Assembly: GCA_004796385.1 (NCBI GenBank)
Contig: QZLD01000028.1
Location: 1-42,694, forward strand
Length of the DNA stretch: 42,694 nucleotides
Source of the DNA: Gammaproteobacteria bacterium
Lineage (GTDB): Bacteria > Pseudomonadota > Gammaproteobacteria > QZLD01
Direction of reading: 5' to 3'
Each line of letters starts with the position of its first letter. Position 1 is the stretch's first letter. Position numbers and translations under genes: made by a program. Below are positions 1-9,874 of the stretch, piece after piece. A model generated the notes under the pieces. That model was not told the origin of the DNA, did no database searches, and saw nothing but the letters and a program-made list of their open reading frames with translations.

Positions 1-479
1 GGCTCCGGCAGCAAGAAGCTGTTTTACTATCTCCGGTTGCAGATATTCAACAGCATAGAACAGCGCAGTTTTTTTGGATGAATTACTGATTTTGTCAACA
101 ACAGCTCCATGTTTTAGTAGCAGTTTTGTTCCATCGGTAAAGTCAAGTTCAGCGGCAAGTTGCAGTGGGGTTTTATAGTCAGATGTTAATGCCTCGATAT
201 CTGTTCCCTGGCTAAGAAGATGCTGGTAATTTCGCTATGTTTTTGTTGTATCGCAATGTGTAGGGCAGTTAAACCATATTGAGAATTTGTGCCCATGCCT
301 TTGTGTTTATGGTAGGCATTGAGAATAAAATTAGGCATACCTTTGCTGACTCGTTTTACCTCTTCAATATTGTTTGATTTGATCGCGTCGATAAGCTACT
401 GATTTCAGTATTCGCAATACCAAAAGTTGCCAAAAACGCACAAAATTAAAGCGGGTATCATGTAAGTTATCTTTTTCAT
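1..479 (-). pseudogene. Ankyrin-repeat secreted protein; the gene runs off the window edge and is disrupted by about three single-base frameshifts
   Basis: The minus-strand ATG at 479..477 overlaps the TGA stop of the upstream hydrolase (ATGA). Frame 1 reads MKKITYMIPALILCVF.. and hits TGA at 407..405. A frame shift restores a signal-peptide-like ..LATFGIANTE. A second shift near 391-397 gives IDAIKSNNIEEVKR..GLTALHIAIQQKHSEITSI. A third near 205-215 gives LLSQGTDIEALTSDYKTPLQLAAELDFTDGTKLLLKHGAVVDKISNSSKKTALFYAVEYLQPEIVKQLLAAGA, which is classic ANK repeat consensus. The supplied track has no ORF of 60 aa or more here. Confidence 0.6.
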
Positions 480-1312
480 GGTTTGACTTTTTCTTGCAGC
501 CACAGATAAACATCTTTAGCGACTTTGTTCCAACCCGGTTCCAGCATCAGCATATGGGCGTGGTTATCATATTCTTTTAGTTCCATGTTGTGAAATTCGG
601 CGATCTTTCTCTGCATGGAGATAAGCGACATCATATCCTCTTTGCCTGCCAGTGCTAGCTTTGGAATATCAACCTTGGAAAGATCTGCTTTTATCTCTCC
701 CTTGAGTACCTCAATGCTTACCTTGGATGATTCAGGAACAAGTTTGTTGTGGAGTTCTTCCTGCTTGTCTTCCGGAATACAGTTGGCGACATAGTGTCTG
801 GTGGCTCTTAATACCGGACGCAGAGGATCTTTCCTGATGATTTTATAGAGCATTCCCAAACCAACGGCGAAGGCTTTTATCTTATAGCCAATTCCTGCCT
901 GTTTTGGTGCCTCCATCTTGATGCCGGCAGGTGGCGCGCTACCTGTGATAATAAGGGATGAGATATTGAATTTGCCGGAGAATGCAATTTCCTGACTTAT
1001 CAACCCTCCCATGGAGTGACCGAACAGAATGACCTCTTTATCAATGGCAGAGATTACCAATTCCACATCCGTAACATAATCACGGATGCTTAAAACTCCG
1101 AGATTATCAAGGTCGGGGTTGGGTTTGTGACCTCTTAGATTTATTGCATAACAGTTGTAACCATTTGCAGAAAAAAATCCCATAAAATCATGCCAGCACC
1201 ACGAGCCGCCACCGGCTCCATGTACAAAAATAATGGTTCCTTTAGCTGGTTGCGAGCATTCGCTGTATTCAACTATAAGGTCTTTAATTAACTGGTGTTT
1301 TATCTCTGCCAT
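476..1312 (-). CDS. Alpha/beta-fold hydrolase (lysophospholipase / monoacylglycerol-lipase-like)
   Basis: It has the nucleophile elbow GHSMGG and an HGAGGGSWCW oxyanion-region motif, with a late ..NHAHML.. His consistent with a Ser-Asp-His triad. The ORF extends to 1369, but the ATG at 1312 (MAEIKHQ..) is preceded by AAGGA at suitable spacing. Confidence 0.7.
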   Translation of the reverse strand: MAEIKHQLIKDLIVEYSECSQPAKGTIIFVHGAGGGSWCWHDFMGFFSANGYNCYAINLRGHKPNPDLDNLGVLSIRDYVTDVELVISAIDKEVILFGHSMGGLISQEIAFSGKFNISSLIITGSAPPAGIKMEAPKQAGIGYKIKAFAVGLGMLYKIIRKDPLRPVLRATRHYVANCIPEDKQEELHNKLVPESSKVSIEVLKGEIKADLSKVDIPKLALAGKEDMMSLISMQRKIAEFHNMELKEYDNHAHMLMLEPGWNKVAKDVYLWLQEKVKP

Positions 1313-1469
1313 TATCTTTCCTTCGCAACCTTTCTTCTGTAATACCATCGTGTTATATTCGGATGGCATTATAACTAATTAACAGAAATAAATATAAATT
1401 AAGCAGGCTTTTATTAAGAGTCTATATAATTTCAAGCTACCGTGTCATAACAATATCAGGGAGAAAATC

Positions 1470-4400
1470 ATGCTAAGGAAATTAGTTTTAGCCTTTTGTA
1501 TTATCACGACTTTTACCTCTATATCCAGTGCCGGAATTGTGGCCGATCATACTGCTGTAGAGCAGTTTGACCAGATTCCGGATTACTATATTAATGAGGT
1601 TAAAAAGATGTGGTTATCGGTTCCGGGTCAATCTCATAGTAGAGGATATCGCTGGGGTATAGAGTTGCTGGCAGCTCAGGACCCACGCTTTGCAGCGGTA
1701 GTTACCGAAGCAGGTGAGCCGGAGCTACCGACAACAGATCATCTGCGTATGTCGAATCTCTTCAGAACACCTGAAGGTGGTTGGGGTGGTACTGCCGGTG
1801 AGGAGATGTTCTGGACTACTCAGGGCGCAGTTGATTATATGAATAATCACCTTACCTATAGTAATAGTGTCGCTAATCCGGTTTCTGCCTTTGGTTTTGG
1901 TTGGTGCTGGGATATGACCTGGGATTATGGTCATAGTGAGCAGATTGATGAAGTGCATGGTGTTCGTTGGTATGGTACTGCCAATACTACAAATGGCTGG
2001 GGAACAAGTCAGAATTGGTGGGGAATAGATACTGCTGATAACTTTGATGGTAATCACCCGATAACACTGCAAAATTATCTTAATGCAATTGAGTATTACA
2101 ATACCCACAATCCACAGACAGTTACATTTTATACAACCGGGCCGGTTGATGGCGGTGGCAATACCGGGGAGCGAGGCTATCAGCGTTATATAAAACATCA
2201 GGCGATAAGAAACCACGTTTATGCGGGTGAAGAGCGGGTTCTATTTGATTACGCAGATATACTTACCCACAACAGTAGCGGCGAGCAGAATTTCAGAGAG
2301 TGGGATGGGCACACCTTTCCTTTTATACATGATGACAATGCAGATACATCTTCGCACGATCATATCAGTGATGAAGGCGCAGTTAGAATTGCCAAGGCGA
2401 TGTGGTGGATGCTGGCGCGTATAGCAGGCTGGGATGGAGTAGCTGAAGATAAGGTCGCAACACCAATTGTCTCTTTACCTACAGGAGATTACGAGGACAG
2501 TGTAACCATAACTATTACCGAGCCGACAGAAGATGCAGTAATTTATTATACTCTTGATGGCAGTGAACCAACCGAAGAGTCACAGCAATATAGCGAACCG
2601 CTTCTGTTGCAACAATCAACAACTTTGAAAGCTAAGGCTTTCAAGGATGGAATTGAATCGAGCGAAACTCTTACTGCTGTCTATAACATCATTATTGATG
2701 TTACTCCGCCGCAGATATCTTCTATAGAGGCGACATCGGCAACAGAAATCGTTATTGAATTTAATGAAGGCATGAACACCGATAGCCTTGCCGTTACAGA
2801 AAATTACACAATAAATAACGGCATCTCCGTTTTATCAGCAACTCCTTTTGCCGCGCCGTTTAATGGGGTGACGCTTCAGGTTACTGATATGGTTGAAGAT
2901 ACAACCTACACTGTCATCATCAATGGCGTAAGTGATGATCATAATAATCAGATTGCAGTAAACAGCAGTGCTGAATTTACCTATACAGTGGTGCACGCTC
3001 CGGAAAGCCTGCAACAGCACTGGAGTTTTGAAACAGCAGCTGATATTCAGGTGAACGGAGCAGTTCAGGTAGAAAATGGCAGATCAGGCAAGGCGTTTTA
3101 CTTCGATGGTGATGACTATCTTATTCTTGGCAATGCAACGCACAATATCGAGCAGACAAACGCCTTCACTATAGCAACATGGATAAAATATGAAGATGCG
3201 CTTTCTGGAGATATTATCTCTCGTGGACAGTATGTATTTCCTTACCGCATGACAACATCAGGAAGTTATATGCGAAGTGTTATCAGAACCGGCAGTACCA
3301 ATTATGTTCGGGGAACTCTTCCGCTGACAGAAGGTGTCTGGAATTATGTTGTTTTAACCTATAAAGATGGTGAGCGGGCCATGTATCTTAACGGAGAAGT
3401 TGATTACACGGATGCAATCTCCGGACAGTTAAATTTCAACGGTAGCCAGGATATCTTTATAGGGCAGGGGTTTAAAGGGACAATCGATGAGATTCAGATC
3501 TATAACGAGGCACTGGCTCCTGAACAAATACAGCTTTTGTATGCAGAAGATATCCCACAGTATGTGCAGAATCCGCAATTCTCCCCAATAGCCGGAACTT
3601 ACAATTCTACTGTCAATGTTACTCTTAGCAGCGATACTGAAGATGCGCTTATCTACTACACGCTGGATGGTAGCGAACCGGATCAGGAATCTACGCTTTA
3701 TACGGCTCCGTTTGCGGTCTCTGCATCTACCTCTGTAAAGGCAAAGGCGTATAAGAATGATATGGTTGCCAGTGCCACAGTTATGGCAGATTACATCATA
3801 GAGCTGGATGAGATTCCTCCGCAAATAACAGGTGTAGAGACAGTATCTGAAACAGAGCTTATCATCCGCTTTAGCGAAGAGATTGAACACAACAGTCTCA
3901 CCAATTCTGCCAACTATTCAATATCTGGGGTTTCAATAGATTTTGTTAGTGCGTATAGTGGTAGCGCAGCAATTATACATACATCCGGTTTTACAGCTAA
4001 TACTCCGTATCTGGTTGGCGTAAACAATATCGAAGATCAGGCAGGGAATACTATAGCAGCGGGAACCATTGCTGAATTTACCTATGTGACCACAGAACCA
4101 CCGCAAGGACTACAGCAATATTGGGATTTTGAAAGCAGCGACGGCATTACAGTAGTCGGAGCAACTCATGTCGATAATGGTAAATCCGGCAAGGCATTCT
4201 ATTTTGACGGAGTTGATGACAGACTGGAGTTGGGAACAGATATATATGGCATAACCGATACCAATGAATTTACCATTTCTGCCTGGATAAATTATGAGAG
4301 TTCTCTCTCAGGAAATATCATTGCCAGAGGACGTTATGTTTATCCATACTGCATGACCACATCGGGTAGTTATATGCGAAGCATTATTCGTACGGATAGA

Positions 4401-5807
4401 ACAAACTACATCAGAGGCACACTTGCACTTGCCGGCGAAGAGTGGCATCACGTTGTTCTTACCTATCGCGATGGTGAAAGGGTAATGTATGTTGATGGAG
4501 AGATCGACCATCAGAGCGAAGTCACTGGAACACTCAATGCTATCAACGATTCTCAGATAATAACGGTAGGGCAGGGGTTTCATGGTCTGATTGACGAGAT
4601 CAAAATCTACAATAGCGTGCTTACTCCGGCACAAGTTACAGAGCTCTACAACGAAAATATTATTCCACAGGTGGCAGTTCCACAGATTGATCCTGCTGCC
4701 GGAACATACAATCAGGCAATAGAGGTTATCATCAGTAGTACAACAGCAGATGCGACAATCTACTATACAACTGATGGTAGTGAACCGGGTGATAGTGCAA
4801 CCCTTTACCAGGGGGTATTCATTCTCTCTGAAAATGCAACAGTAAAGGCCATTGCCTATAAAGACGGAATGGAAACCAGCGAGATAGTTTCCGTAAGCTA
4901 TCAATTTGAAATAGATAGTACAGCTCCGCAGGTTAGTGTCGTAACAGTAAATAATGCTACCACGCTAACAGTCGAGTTTAATGAGGAACTTGATTTGACA
5001 ACAGCTCAAGACAGCACAAATTACACTATAGCATCCGGTCTTATTGTTAGTTCTGCGCGGCTGGATGCGGATGGTAAGACAGTTGTCCTGACAACCATGC
5101 CGTTGCCGGAAAATATAGAGCAAATCCTGCAAATAAGCGGAGTTGCCGATATTAATGGTAATGTCATTACAGCTCCTGTGACTGCAGCAATAACCTATGT
5201 TCCGGTTTCAGTTGATGACAGCGTTACAGGTTACTGGAGTTTTGACGCAGTAGCAGATAACGAAGTCCCTGATCTATCCGGAAATAGCAACAACGGCACA
5301 ATAAATGGCACAGAGATTATTGCAGAGGGAATGTCTGGTTCGGCAATATCATTTAATGGCGAAAACAGTGTTGATCTTGGAGTCTCACGTTTCGGAATCG
5401 AAGAGACATCCGAATACTCAATCTCAATCTGGTTCAAGCCGGAGCAGACCTTTGCCGGACATTTGATAAGAAGAGGCCCGTATGTTTACCCTTATAGAAT
5501 TTACGCCAATGCAGGTAGAGTTTCATCAACAGTCAGAACAACCGGTACAAACTACCTTCACGCAAATACATGGCCTGATGCAGAAACGTGGTATCACTGC
5601 CTTGTAACCTACAAAGACGGAGAGCATCGCATATACATAAACGGAGTTCTCGATAGTAGCGATGCAGATACAGGCGCACCAAACTTCTACGGCAACTACT
5701 CCACAATGTTGGGTGAAGGCTATAGCGGCTTGATTGATGAAGTGAAAATCTTCAATAAGTCACTCAATCAGGAGGAGGTAACGGCGGTTTACCAGCAAGT
5801 TCCATAA
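1470..5807 (+). CDS. Large secreted modular protein: signal peptide, ~300-aa N-terminal domain of unknown type, then 3 x (chitobiase/Fn3-associated-like + SbsA/Big_5-like Ig + LamG/concanavalin-like) modules
   Basis: A GGGAGA RBS precedes the start, and the signal peptide is MLRKLVLAFCIITTFTSISSA. The motif (I/L)YYT(L/T)DGSEP occurs three times. (T/I)(P/A)PQ(I/V).. Ig-like segments occur three times. LamG-like segments GKAFYFDG..IDE(I/V)(Q/K)I(Y/F)N..L also occur three times. Confidence 0.8.
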   Translation: MLRKLVLAFCIITTFTSISSAGIVADHTAVEQFDQIPDYYINEVKKMWLSVPGQSHSRGYRWGIELLAAQDPRFAAVVTEAGEPELPTTDHLRMSNLFRTPEGGWGGTAGEEMFWTTQGAVDYMNNHLTYSNSVANPVSAFGFGWCWDMTWDYGHSEQIDEVHGVRWYGTANTTNGWGTSQNWWGIDTADNFDGNHPITLQNYLNAIEYYNTHNPQTVTFYTTGPVDGGGNTGERGYQRYIKHQAIRNHVYAGEERVLFDYADILTHNSSGEQNFREWDGHTFPFIHDDNADTSSHDHISDEGAVRIAKAMWWMLARIAGWDGVAEDKVATPIVSLPTGDYEDSVTITITEPTEDAVIYYTLDGSEPTEESQQYSEPLLLQQSTTLKAKAFKDGIESSETLTAVYNIIIDVTPPQISSIEATSATEIVIEFNEGMNTDSLAVTENYTINNGISVLSATPFAAPFNGVTLQVTDMVEDTTYTVIINGVSDDHNNQIAVNSSAEFTYTVVHAPESLQQHWSFETAADIQVNGAVQVENGRSGKAFYFDGDDYLILGNATHNIEQTNAFTIATWIKYEDALSGDIISRGQYVFPYRMTTSGSYMRSVIRTGSTNYVRGTLPLTEGVWNYVVLTYKDGERAMYLNGEVDYTDAISGQLNFNGSQDIFIGQGFKGTIDEIQIYNEALAPEQIQLLYAEDIPQYVQNPQFSPIAGTYNSTVNVTLSSDTEDALIYYTLDGSEPDQESTLYTAPFAVSASTSVKAKAYKNDMVASATVMADYIIELDEIPPQITGVETVSETELIIRFSEEIEHNSLTNSANYSISGVSIDFVSAYSGSAAIIHTSGFTANTPYLVGVNNIEDQAGNTIAAGTIAEFTYVTTEPPQGLQQYWDFESSDGITVVGATHVDNGKSGKAFYFDGVDDRLELGTDIYGITDTNEFTISAWINYESSLSGNIIARGRYVYPYCMTTSGSYMRSIIRTDRTNYIRGTLALAGEEWHHVVLTYRDGERVMYVDGEIDHQSEVTGTLNAINDSQIITVGQGFHGLIDEIKIYNSVLTPAQVTELYNENIIPQVAVPQIDPAAGTYNQAIEVIISSTTADATIYYTTDGSEPGDSATLYQGVFILSENATVKAIAYKDGMETSEIVSVSYQFEIDSTAPQVSVVTVNNATTLTVEFNEELDLTTAQDSTNYTIASGLIVSSARLDADGKTVVLTTMPLPENIEQILQISGVADINGNVITAPVTAAITYVPVSVDDSVTGYWSFDAVADNEVPDLSGNSNNGTINGTEIIAEGMSGSAISFNGENSVDLGVSRFGIEETSEYSISIWFKPEQTFAGHLIRRGPYVYPYRIYANAGRVSSTVRTTGTNYLHANTWPDAETWYHCLVTYKDGEHRIYINGVLDSSDADTGAPNFYGNYSTMLGEGYSGLIDEVKIFNKSLNQEEVTAVYQQVP
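2454..5804 (+). repeat. Three tandem ~1.1-kb intragenic module repeats (approx 2454..3560, 3561..4670, 4671..5804)
   Basis: The unit boundaries align at aa ~329, ~698 and ~1068 (..VATPIVSLPTGDY / IPQYVQNPQFSPIAGTY / IPQVAVPQIDPAAGTY). Units 1 and 2 are clearly closer to each other than to unit 3 (RGQYVFPYRMTTSGSYMRSVIRTGSTNYVRGTL vs RGRYVYPYCMTTSGSYMRSIIRTDRTNYIRGTL). Confidence 0.8.
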
Positions 5808-5820
5808 ACAGAGTTTAAGG

Positions 5821-5856
5821 AAAGCAGGGCGGATAATGTTCGCTCTGCTTTTATGA
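5821..5856 (+). terminator. Rho-independent terminator after the LamG-repeat gene
   Basis: The stem aaagcagggcg / cgctctgcttt (one G-T wobble) has a 9-nt loop and is followed by a T-rich tail, 14 nt after the stop codon. Confidence 0.6.
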
Positions 5857-6437
5857 TTTTTTAATTTGAGCATCCATTTTATTTTGTCCGAATTCAAGTA
5901 ATAAGTGCATAATTATTTAATCTGTTTTTCTTGCATTTTCTTTGGGATACATACTGATGATTACACAATTAAATTCATGATAATTGTGATTGCAGAGATT
6001 AAAACACAAAAGACAACAAATGAAATTCAGTATATGAAATATTTCTTGCAGGATGGAGCAGCCAAGGCCGCAGCAGTGCAGGAAAAAGCAATGGGGAAAA
6101 GGCTGTTACATAGGTAAGAGAGATAGAGAGTCTTCTTGCTGAAAATATGAATATCAAGGCTTATGTAGCTCAGTAAAAACCTTCCAGCATAGAAATTCAC
6201 TCTTGCAGACAATTAATCAGATCTGTATAAGGTTTTTTATATCAATTAACAAGGAGGTTATTGCATTGTGTCAAAATTGAAACTTAGAGTTGTGTTATTT
6301 AAGTGACGATAAGGTTTTACTGCTTTTTGTACAGGCTGAGTTTTTGGTATTAGGCGGTTAAGCATAAATTTATCAGGAAGAAATATCTGGGTGTTTACTA
6401 GCATCTATAAATGTTAATTTTTTAGAGGAAGTATGTT

Positions 6438-7625
6438 ATGAAGAAGGCGATATTGGGTTTTATCGGATGTTTAGCAGTATCAACATCTGTTACGGCAACA
6501 GATGTTAAACATGATTTTGGTGGTTATTGGCGTACAAGAGCTTATATTCAGGATAACTTTAGTGGTGATGACACTGGTTCAAGTGACAAAGAATTAATTG
6601 ATGCTCGTGCCAGAATTTACTATACAGCCCATGTTGATAATGCCTTTAAGTTTGTTAATAAATTTGAGATAGATACCGCATGGGGTGATGATACCGCCGG
6701 TGATATCGGTACCGATGGCAAGGCTATTTTTGAAGTGAAAAACTCCTATGTTGAATTTGCCATGAAAGATACGATTTTCAAGATCGGTCTTCAGGGTGGA
6801 GCCATAGGCCGAGGCTTCCTTTTTGATGATGATTTTGCTGGGCTTAATGTTAAGTTTAAGGCAGGAGATGCCACTATTCCTGTAACCTGGGTAAAGGCAG
6901 TAGATGATGATGCACAGGATGACGATCCTGAGAATAATAGAGTTGGAGATGACGATTACTTTGCGATAAATCCAACATTTAAACTAAATGATAAGACTTC
7001 GCTAACCCCTTATTTGCTTTTTGACTATTCAAATGATGATGAAAAGAGTGTTCTTTTTGTAGGTGCAGATCTGGATATGAAACTGGATAATTGGTCACTT
7101 TGGGGAACTGCAATAATTCAAACTGGTGATCTTGATGCAGATACAGATACAACGGCATTTTTGCTTGCTGCAGGTGCAAAATTCGGCAATATCCATGGGC
7201 AGTTTTTCTATGCAAGTGGCGATGATGACGATGCCGATTCCTCAAACGATGCTTTTGTAGGCGTTGATGGCCGATCATACTACTGGGCGGAAATAATGGG
7301 TTATGGAATATTTGATAATCAGGCATCAAATAATGCACCCGATGAAGAGATTGAAAATATCATGGCATTCAATATAGGGTTGAGTCATAGACTGAGCGAT
7401 GTTACTACATTACAGGCTGATCTTTGGTATGCCTCCTTGGCTGAAGGTGTTGATATTGATGGAGATGAAGAGAAAAATCTTGGTGTAGAAGTGGATCTGA
7501 AGCTATCACACAAAATAAATTCAGCAATAAAACTTGATCTGGTTATGGCATATTTAGCGGCAGGAGATGCTACAGGTGAAGAAGATCCTATAGAGGTTGG
7601 CACAAGATTGTCATTTGGTTTTTAA
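6438..7625 (+). CDS. Outer-membrane beta-barrel, porin-like protein
   Basis: It has a GAGGAAG RBS and the signal peptide MKKAILGFIGCLAVSTSVTA. Alternating beta-strand-like segments are separated by acidic Asp-rich loops, and the C-terminus RLSFGF has the aromatic terminal residue typical of BAM substrates. Confidence 0.6.
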   Translation: MKKAILGFIGCLAVSTSVTATDVKHDFGGYWRTRAYIQDNFSGDDTGSSDKELIDARARIYYTAHVDNAFKFVNKFEIDTAWGDDTAGDIGTDGKAIFEVKNSYVEFAMKDTIFKIGLQGGAIGRGFLFDDDFAGLNVKFKAGDATIPVTWVKAVDDDAQDDDPENNRVGDDDYFAINPTFKLNDKTSLTPYLLFDYSNDDEKSVLFVGADLDMKLDNWSLWGTAIIQTGDLDADTDTTAFLLAAGAKFGNIHGQFFYASGDDDDADSSNDAFVGVDGRSYYWAEIMGYGIFDNQASNNAPDEEIENIMAFNIGLSHRLSDVTTLQADLWYASLAEGVDIDGDEEKNLGVEVDLKLSHKINSAIKLDLVMAYLAAGDATGEEDPIEVGTRLSFGF

Positions 7626-7659
7626 AAACGTGTATTCTTGAAATATATTTTTTTCACTA

Positions 7660-7690
7660 ACCCGTGATATATATCGCGGGTTTTTTATTT
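7660..7690 (+). terminator. Rho-independent terminator after the porin-like gene
   Basis: The hairpin is cccgtgat-atat-atcgcggg (one wobble), followed by tttttt. Confidence 0.6.
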
Positions 7691-7773
7691 ATAAAATAGA
7701 ATTATAAACTGTGATTTTCAGGTTTATTCCTATAGCATTTATTCCCCCTGTAAAATAGAAGAGTGAAATTTAG

Positions 7774-9783
7774 ATGTTTAAAATGAACAAGGCTCAAAGC
7801 GAGGCAGTAAAAGGTATTGGAGTGCCAATGCTGGTTCTTGCCGGAGCCGGAAGCGGTAAGACCAGAGTTATTACAGAAAAGATAGCCTATCTTATTAATA
7901 AATGCGGCTATGCTCCGGATTCTATTACAGCGGTTACCTTTACCAACAAAGCAGCCCGTGAGATGAAACAGCGGGTTAATAAAACCTTGGGGGAAGAGTC
8001 ATCATCGGGGCTTAATGTCTCCACATTTCATACACTCGGATTAAGAATTATTTCATCAGAGATAGCCAGTCTGCCGTATCGTCGCGGATTTTCCATTTTT
8101 GATTCGGAGGACAGTATCAATCTGGTGAAAGAGATTCTCAAAGAGAAGAAACTTCCTATCGATTTTGCCGATAATCTCCGTTGGCAGATATCCAAATGGA
8201 AGAATGCCCTTGTGAATCACAAACAGGCATTGAAGATGGCTACCAGTACAGTTGAAAAGCAATTTGCCGAAGTCTTTGCAGATTACGACAAATATTTGCA
8301 GGTTTATAATGCTGTTGATTTTGATGACCTTATTTCAGCCCCTTGTTACCTTTTTAAAGAGAATCCTGAAATTCTGGACAGATGGCAGAACAAAATTCGT
8401 TATCTGCTTGTGGATGAATATCAGGACACCAATGGCTGTCAGTATCAGTTGGTAAAGATGCTGGTTGGAATAAGAGCTGCATTTACAGTGGTTGGAGATG
8501 ATGATCAGTCTATCTACTCATGGCGTGGGGCGCAGCCTGAGAATCTTCGTCTGTTATTACGTGATTTTCCATCACTGAAAGTTGTTAAACTTGAGCAGAA
8601 CTATCGCTCTTATGCCAGAATCCTGAAACTTGCAAATACTCTTATTGGTGAAAATCCTCATGTATTCGACAAAAAACTCTGGAGCGATCGTGGTTATGGA
8701 GATCCGGTTCAGGTTATCCGCTGTAAAGATCAGGATGATGAGGTTCTGCGTGTAGTAACCGAGATATCCAACAAAAAATTTCTGAAAAAGGCAAAAAACA
8801 GCGATTTTGCCATACTCTTCAGAAGTAACCACCAGATCAGATTATTTGAAAGGGCATTAAGAAGCCGGCAGTTACCATATAAACTCAGTGGCAGTTTTTC
8901 ATTCTTTGCTTTAGCGGAGGTGAAGGATCTTATGAGTTACCTTAAGCTGATAATAAATCGTAATGATGATTCATCCTTTACCAGAATTATAAATACACCA
9001 AGGCGGGAAATAGGTTTAAAAACCATCTCCGCAATAAGAGAATATGCCGCGAAGAGAAAAATAAGCTTCTTTAAGGCGATATCGGAACAGGCTATGCGAG
9101 ATACAGTTACCCCCAACGCAGCTTCAAAATTGGAACAGTTTAGCAGTTGGATTAATTCGATTGCAGAAAGGGCAAAAACAGCAAAGGGAGAGGTGATACT
9201 TAAAGATGTTATAAGTGAGACAGGTTATCACCGCTGGATTTCTGCTAATGCTAAAGACAAAGTGATGGCAGCCAGAAGAAGGGAAAACGTAAATGATCTG
9301 GTTGAATGGGTAGAAAGCATAAAAACTGAAACAGGAGATACCCTTGCCGACAAAGTTGCTCACTTGAGTCTTATGGATATGCTGGAAAAAAATGAGGATG
9401 AAGATAATAGCGATCGCATAAATCTTATGACGTTACATGCGTCTAAAGGTTTGGAGTTTTCTCATGTGTTTATGGTAGGAATGGAAGAGGGGATTCTGCC
9501 GCACCGGGCATCTATAGATGAAGATGAAAGTGTTGAAGAGGAAAGGCGTTTAGCGTATGTGGGGATTACTCGTGCTGAACACAATCTCACAATAACTTAT
9601 GCAGCCAGAAGGCGAATAGCAGGAGATATAATAGAGTGTATTCCCAGCCGGTTTCTGTTTGAACTGCCACAGGACGATTTGGAGTGGTTCGGAAAGGGCG
9701 GTAAAAAAGATCCTGCAGAATCAAAAGAGAAGGGTAGAGCGCATATCGCCGGGTTGATGAGTATGCTTAATGAAAAAAATTGA
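7774..9783 (+). CDS. rep: ATP-dependent DNA helicase Rep (UvrD/Rep superfamily 1)
   Basis: By eye it is collinear with E. coli Rep. Matching segments are LVLAGAGSGKTRVIT (Walker A), IRYLLVDEYQDTN, VVGDDDQSIYSWRGA, LEQNYRS, LMTLHASKGLEF, EERRLAYVGITRA and PSRFL.ELPQDDL. The length is ~669 aa. The start could be 7774 or 7783. Confidence 0.9.
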   Translation: MFKMNKAQSEAVKGIGVPMLVLAGAGSGKTRVITEKIAYLINKCGYAPDSITAVTFTNKAAREMKQRVNKTLGEESSSGLNVSTFHTLGLRIISSEIASLPYRRGFSIFDSEDSINLVKEILKEKKLPIDFADNLRWQISKWKNALVNHKQALKMATSTVEKQFAEVFADYDKYLQVYNAVDFDDLISAPCYLFKENPEILDRWQNKIRYLLVDEYQDTNGCQYQLVKMLVGIRAAFTVVGDDDQSIYSWRGAQPENLRLLLRDFPSLKVVKLEQNYRSYARILKLANTLIGENPHVFDKKLWSDRGYGDPVQVIRCKDQDDEVLRVVTEISNKKFLKKAKNSDFAILFRSNHQIRLFERALRSRQLPYKLSGSFSFFALAEVKDLMSYLKLIINRNDDSSFTRIINTPRREIGLKTISAIREYAAKRKISFFKAISEQAMRDTVTPNAASKLEQFSSWINSIAERAKTAKGEVILKDVISETGYHRWISANAKDKVMAARRRENVNDLVEWVESIKTETGDTLADKVAHLSLMDMLEKNEDEDNSDRINLMTLHASKGLEFSHVFMVGMEEGILPHRASIDEDESVEEERRLAYVGITRAEHNLTITYAARRRIAGDIIECIPSRFLFELPQDDLEWFGKGGKKDPAESKEKGRAHIAGLMSMLNEKN

Positions 9784-9874
9784 CATATTATTAGATATAA
9801 GGTGTTATTGGCTGGAAAGTTTCCTTTACTTAAGGGAAGTATGGAATCTTAATAACTGTATACAGAGGTTTAAA

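Noticed and set aside
1725-4904. Minus-strand track ORFs 1725..2216, 2835..3020, 3429..3890 and 4308..4904, inside the LamG-repeat gene
   Set aside because: They are antisense shadow ORFs within a gene that has strong motif support on the plus strand. They are Cys/Ile/Arg-rich and low-complexity, with no RBS or recognisable motifs.
5857-6437. Small track ORFs 5905..6117 and 6027..6212 in the long AT-rich spacer upstream of the porin-like gene, plus a short cacaatta inverted repeat
   Set aside because: The ORFs have no RBS, mutually overlap on opposite strands, and give hydrophobic or low-complexity translations. The region is most simply promoter and UTR. The 8-bp inverted repeat is too short to be meaningful on its own.
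9770-9874. N-terminal extension of the first lipoprotein ORF, overlapping the end of rep
   Set aside because: The extension has no signal peptide and overlaps rep. The internal ATG at 9875 has an RBS and gives a canonical lipoprotein signal.
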